DNA from: Myxococcota bacterium
GTDB taxonomy: Bacteria; Myxococcota_A; UBA9042
Direction: 5' to 3'
Length of the DNA: 64,000 nucleotides
Assembly: GCA_964201005.1 (NCBI GenBank)
Contig: CAXNCS010000002.1
Coordinates: 78,773 to 142,772, forward strand
In this document: piece by piece, positions 61,693 through 64,000 of the stretch
Position numbering within the stretch: position 1 is the first letter of the stretch
How the letters are laid out: each line of letters opens with the position of its first letter
Notes under the pieces: generated by a model
What the model was told of the DNA's origin: nothing
Databases searched by the model: none
The model's input: the letters and a program-made list of their open reading frames with translations, nothing else
Program-made: the position numbers and the translations under genes

Positions 61693-62370
61693 GTGACTGC
61701 CACCCCTGCTGCTGCCGCCCTGTCCCTGCCGCCGCTGCCACCCTTGGCCAATCCCGCTGAGGTGTTGGCGGCGATCGACGCCCTCCCCGCCGGCGCGTGG
61801 TTGGCCACGGACGCCGATGAAACGCTCTGGGCCGCCGATGTAGGCGATGAGCTTGTGCGCCTAGCTGCGGCGGGCGGCGGGCCTTATGCCGTCGGTTCGG
61901 CCGATTTTGCCTGGTACGCCAAGGAGATGAGCGAGGGCGACTACGCCGGTGCTTGCCGCTTTGCCGCGCAGCTGCTTTCCACGGTGGACGCCGAGGCTGT
62001 GCGAGTCGCCCTGGAGCCCGTGCTAGCCCAAGTTCGCTGCCGCGGATGGCTGATCAGGGCTTTGGCCAGGGCCTCTGCGCGCGGCGTACACGTGGCGATT
62101 GTGTCTGCTTCTCCGCGGCTTGTGGTGCAGTGGGCTTGTGCAGTGCATGGTTTGGAGACGGCTCAGGTCATCGGCATTGAGGTCAGCGGCAGCGGGGTGC
62201 GCGAGCCGGCGCCGGTCGGCTTTGGCAAGGTCGCGGCGTGGCTGGAGCTGGGCCTGGCCCAACCACAGCTTGCGCTTGGTGATTCGCGCTGGGATGCCCC
62301 GCTGCTGGCGATGGCGCGCCACGGCTTCCTGCTCGCCAAAGCCAGCGCGGACCACTGGGACGTGCTGTGA
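61693..62370 (+). CDS. HAD-IB family hydrolase
   Basis: DxDxT motif (LATDADETLW), a VSASP motif II and a late GDSRWD motif. The start is GTG. Confidence 0.65.
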   Translation: MTATPAAAALSLPPLPPLANPAEVLAAIDALPAGAWLATDADETLWAADVGDELVRLAAAGGGPYAVGSADFAWYAKEMSEGDYAGACRFAAQLLSTVDAEAVRVALEPVLAQVRCRGWLIRALARASARGVHVAIVSASPRLVVQWACAVHGLETAQVIGIEVSGSGVREPAPVGFGKVAAWLELGLAQPQLALGDSRWDAPLLAMARHGFLLAKASADHWDVL

Positions 62371-62429
62371 CCTCCGATCCGCCTCCCCTGCCTTCAAGCC
62401 GCGGCGCGCGCCTCCGCTTGGGCGCTTCT

Positions 62430-63203
62430 ATGGCGGTGCGCGGGCTGACTTTCCCGTTGCTGCACAAAGATGTCTTCCTGATGTGCCTGCTGGTCTTGGC
62501 CGTCTACGCGGCGATCTGGCTGGGTCTTTTGGGCCTGGCCGCCCGCTGGGATCAGGCCGCCGTGCAGTGGCTGACCGGCGATCTGCAGGCCCCCCAAGGC
62601 GGCGCGTGGTGGCGGGGGGCTCTGACGGCGATCGCCCGCGGCGCAGCGTACGTGCTGACTTGGGCCGCGGCGATTCTGGCCGCCTCTCTGCTGGCCCTGC
62701 CGCTGTGCGGGCCCCTGCTTTCGCTTCTGGCCGATCGGGTCGAGGCGCGCGCCGCCGGTCAGACCGGTCCTCTGCCCGCGTGGACCACGCTAGTGGCTGA
62801 AATGGGCCGAGGCGCGGTGCGCAGCGCGATGCTGGCTCTGCTTTTGGCGATCGGCAGCGCCTTGATCTGGCTGGTCGGCGCCGCGGTGGGGGCGCTGATC
62901 CCGCCGCTGGGCGGTCTTTGGACGCTGTTGGCCGGAGGCGCCTGGCAGGCCCTGGGGGCGGCGACCATGACCGCCAGTTTCGCCCTGGAGAATCAGCGCA
63001 CTCCTCTGGCGGAGCAGCTGGCCACCCTGCAGCGCCACCGCGCGATTTGGCTGGGCTTTGGCGCCCTGGCCCTGCCGCTGTGCTGGTTGCCCCTAGGGGT
63101 GCCGTTTGCCGTGACCGGAGCGACCCTGCTGGTGCTGCGCCTGCACGCCGCGGGTGAATTGCGCTTGCCGGCGCGCGACGGCCTGCCGCGGCCTATCTTC
63201 TAG
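62430..63203 (+). CDS. EI24/CysZ-like membrane protein
   Basis: Trimmed to ATG 62430. It is a four-or-more-TM protein with EI24-like topology. The family call is tentative. Confidence 0.5.
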   Translation: MAVRGLTFPLLHKDVFLMCLLVLAVYAAIWLGLLGLAARWDQAAVQWLTGDLQAPQGGAWWRGALTAIARGAAYVLTWAAAILAASLLALPLCGPLLSLLADRVEARAAGQTGPLPAWTTLVAEMGRGAVRSAMLALLLAIGSALIWLVGAAVGALIPPLGGLWTLLAGGAWQALGAATMTASFALENQRTPLAEQLATLQRHRAIWLGFGALALPLCWLPLGVPFAVTGATLLVLRLHAAGELRLPARDGLPRPIF

Positions 63204-63277
63204 TTATTGCCCGGGCCCTTCCGCCCAAGCACCACCCGGCGGTTGCCTTCCGCCGCGTGGAAGGTATGCTGCCGACG

Positions 63278-64000
63278 ATGACGCCTCAGCCCCCGCCTCT
63301 GCCGTTCGATCGCGTGCCTGCCGCAGCGCTATTGCGCGAAGTGCTGGCCAAGGAACTCCTTCTGATCACTGGTAAAGGTGGGGTTGGCAAGTCGACGACC
63401 GCCCAAGTGCTGGCGCGGCTCGCTTCCCGCCAGGGCAAGAAGGTGCTGCTGATTGAGCTCGAGTCTGTGTCGCGGGCCGGGCCGCTGTTTGGCGCGCCGT
63501 CCGTGGGCCCTGAGCCGCGCGAAGTAGCCCCCAAGCTGTGGCTGGCCGCCCTGGATACCATGGATTCGCTGCGCTATTTTGCCGTGCAGCAGCTCAAGAT
63601 AGAGGCGTTGGTGAACCTGGCCCTGCGCAACCGCGCGGTGGAGGGGTTTTTTCAGGCCGTCCCCGCGGTCAAGCCGATGCTGTTTCTCTACCACGTCTGG
63701 CGCATCCTGGATGATCACGGCCCGCGCGGCGATCGGCGCTGGGATCTGATCATCTGCGACCTGCCGACCAGCGGCTTCGTCCAGGGCATGTACCAGATTC
63801 CCTTGACTTTGCAGCAGACTTTCCGCGCAGGCCCGGTCCACGGCTACGGCAAGGCCATGGGGGATCTGCTGTTGGACCGCCAGCGCACCGGCCTGCTTTT
63901 GGTCACGCTGCCGGAAGAAATGCCCGTGGTCGAGACGCTGGAGCTGCGCAACGCCCTGGAACAACAGCATCATGTCCAGCCTGTGGCGGTGCTGGTCAAC
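63278..64000 (+). CDS. ArsA/GET3-type P-loop ATPase, 3' end outside the window
   Basis: This is not in the ORF track because there is no stop codon in the window. Frame 2 is open from ATG 63278 to the window end. It has the deviant Walker A LLITGKGGVGKSTTAQ, then DLIICDLPTSG and LLLVTLPEEMPV blocks. Confidence 0.8.
   Translation, partial: MTPQPPPLPFDRVPAAALLREVLAKELLLITGKGGVGKSTTAQVLARLASRQGKKVLLIELESVSRAGPLFGAPSVGPEPREVAPKLWLAALDTMDSLRYFAVQQLKIEALVNLALRNRAVEGFFQAVPAVKPMLFLYHVWRILDDHGPRGDRRWDLIICDLPTSGFVQGMYQIPLTLQQTFRAGPVHGYGKAMGDLLLDRQRTGLLLVTLPEEMPVVETLELRNALEQQHHVQPVAVLVN

Overview
This is a GC-rich bacterial chromosomal segment with strong GC3 codon bias. The protein styles point to Myxococcota or a closely related deltaproteobacterial lineage: Myxococcus-type CxDGNxCT cysteine repeats, a Hanks-type Ser/Thr kinase, a sigma-54 promoter and a very high density of lipoproteins. 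That lineage call is an inference. I call 41 protein-coding genes, two of them cut by the window edges. I found no rRNA, tRNA, CRISPR array, transposase or integrase. Housekeeping genes (rpmB, lgt, mnmG, pal, rarA, secA, rel/spoT, prfA, an M18 aminopeptidase, an OPT transporter, an aminotransferase) are interleaved with envelope genes. The envelope genes include three giant cysteine-rich repeat proteins (2-3631, 38897-44302, 44417-48088), a beta-helix lipoprotein, and a Pal with a disulfide-rich stalk preceded by a mini Cys-knot lipoprotein. They also include a tandem pair of triple-DsbA-fold proteins in which only one of six active sites keeps CxxC, an ExbB-ExbD-TonB trio followed by a Kazal-domain lipoprotein, and an 866-aa lipoprotein with a ~290-aa charged helix built from near-perfect tandem repeats. 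My best candidate for an undescribed system is the 38.9-52.2 kb surface island. It holds two giant lipoproteins (one with three lamin-tail domains, one with two jelly-roll modules), an orphan TolC-family gene and the charged-helix lipoprotein. The triple-DsbA pair is a plausible oxidative-folding partner for it. The clearest nucleotide-level signals are a perfect sigma-54 -24/-12 element with three 11-bp-phased upstream repeats at 58.27-58.38 kb, a 36-nt rare-codon patch shared by the two giant genes, and a structured ~200-nt leader before rpmB. All family names come from motif recognition by eye. No database search was run.
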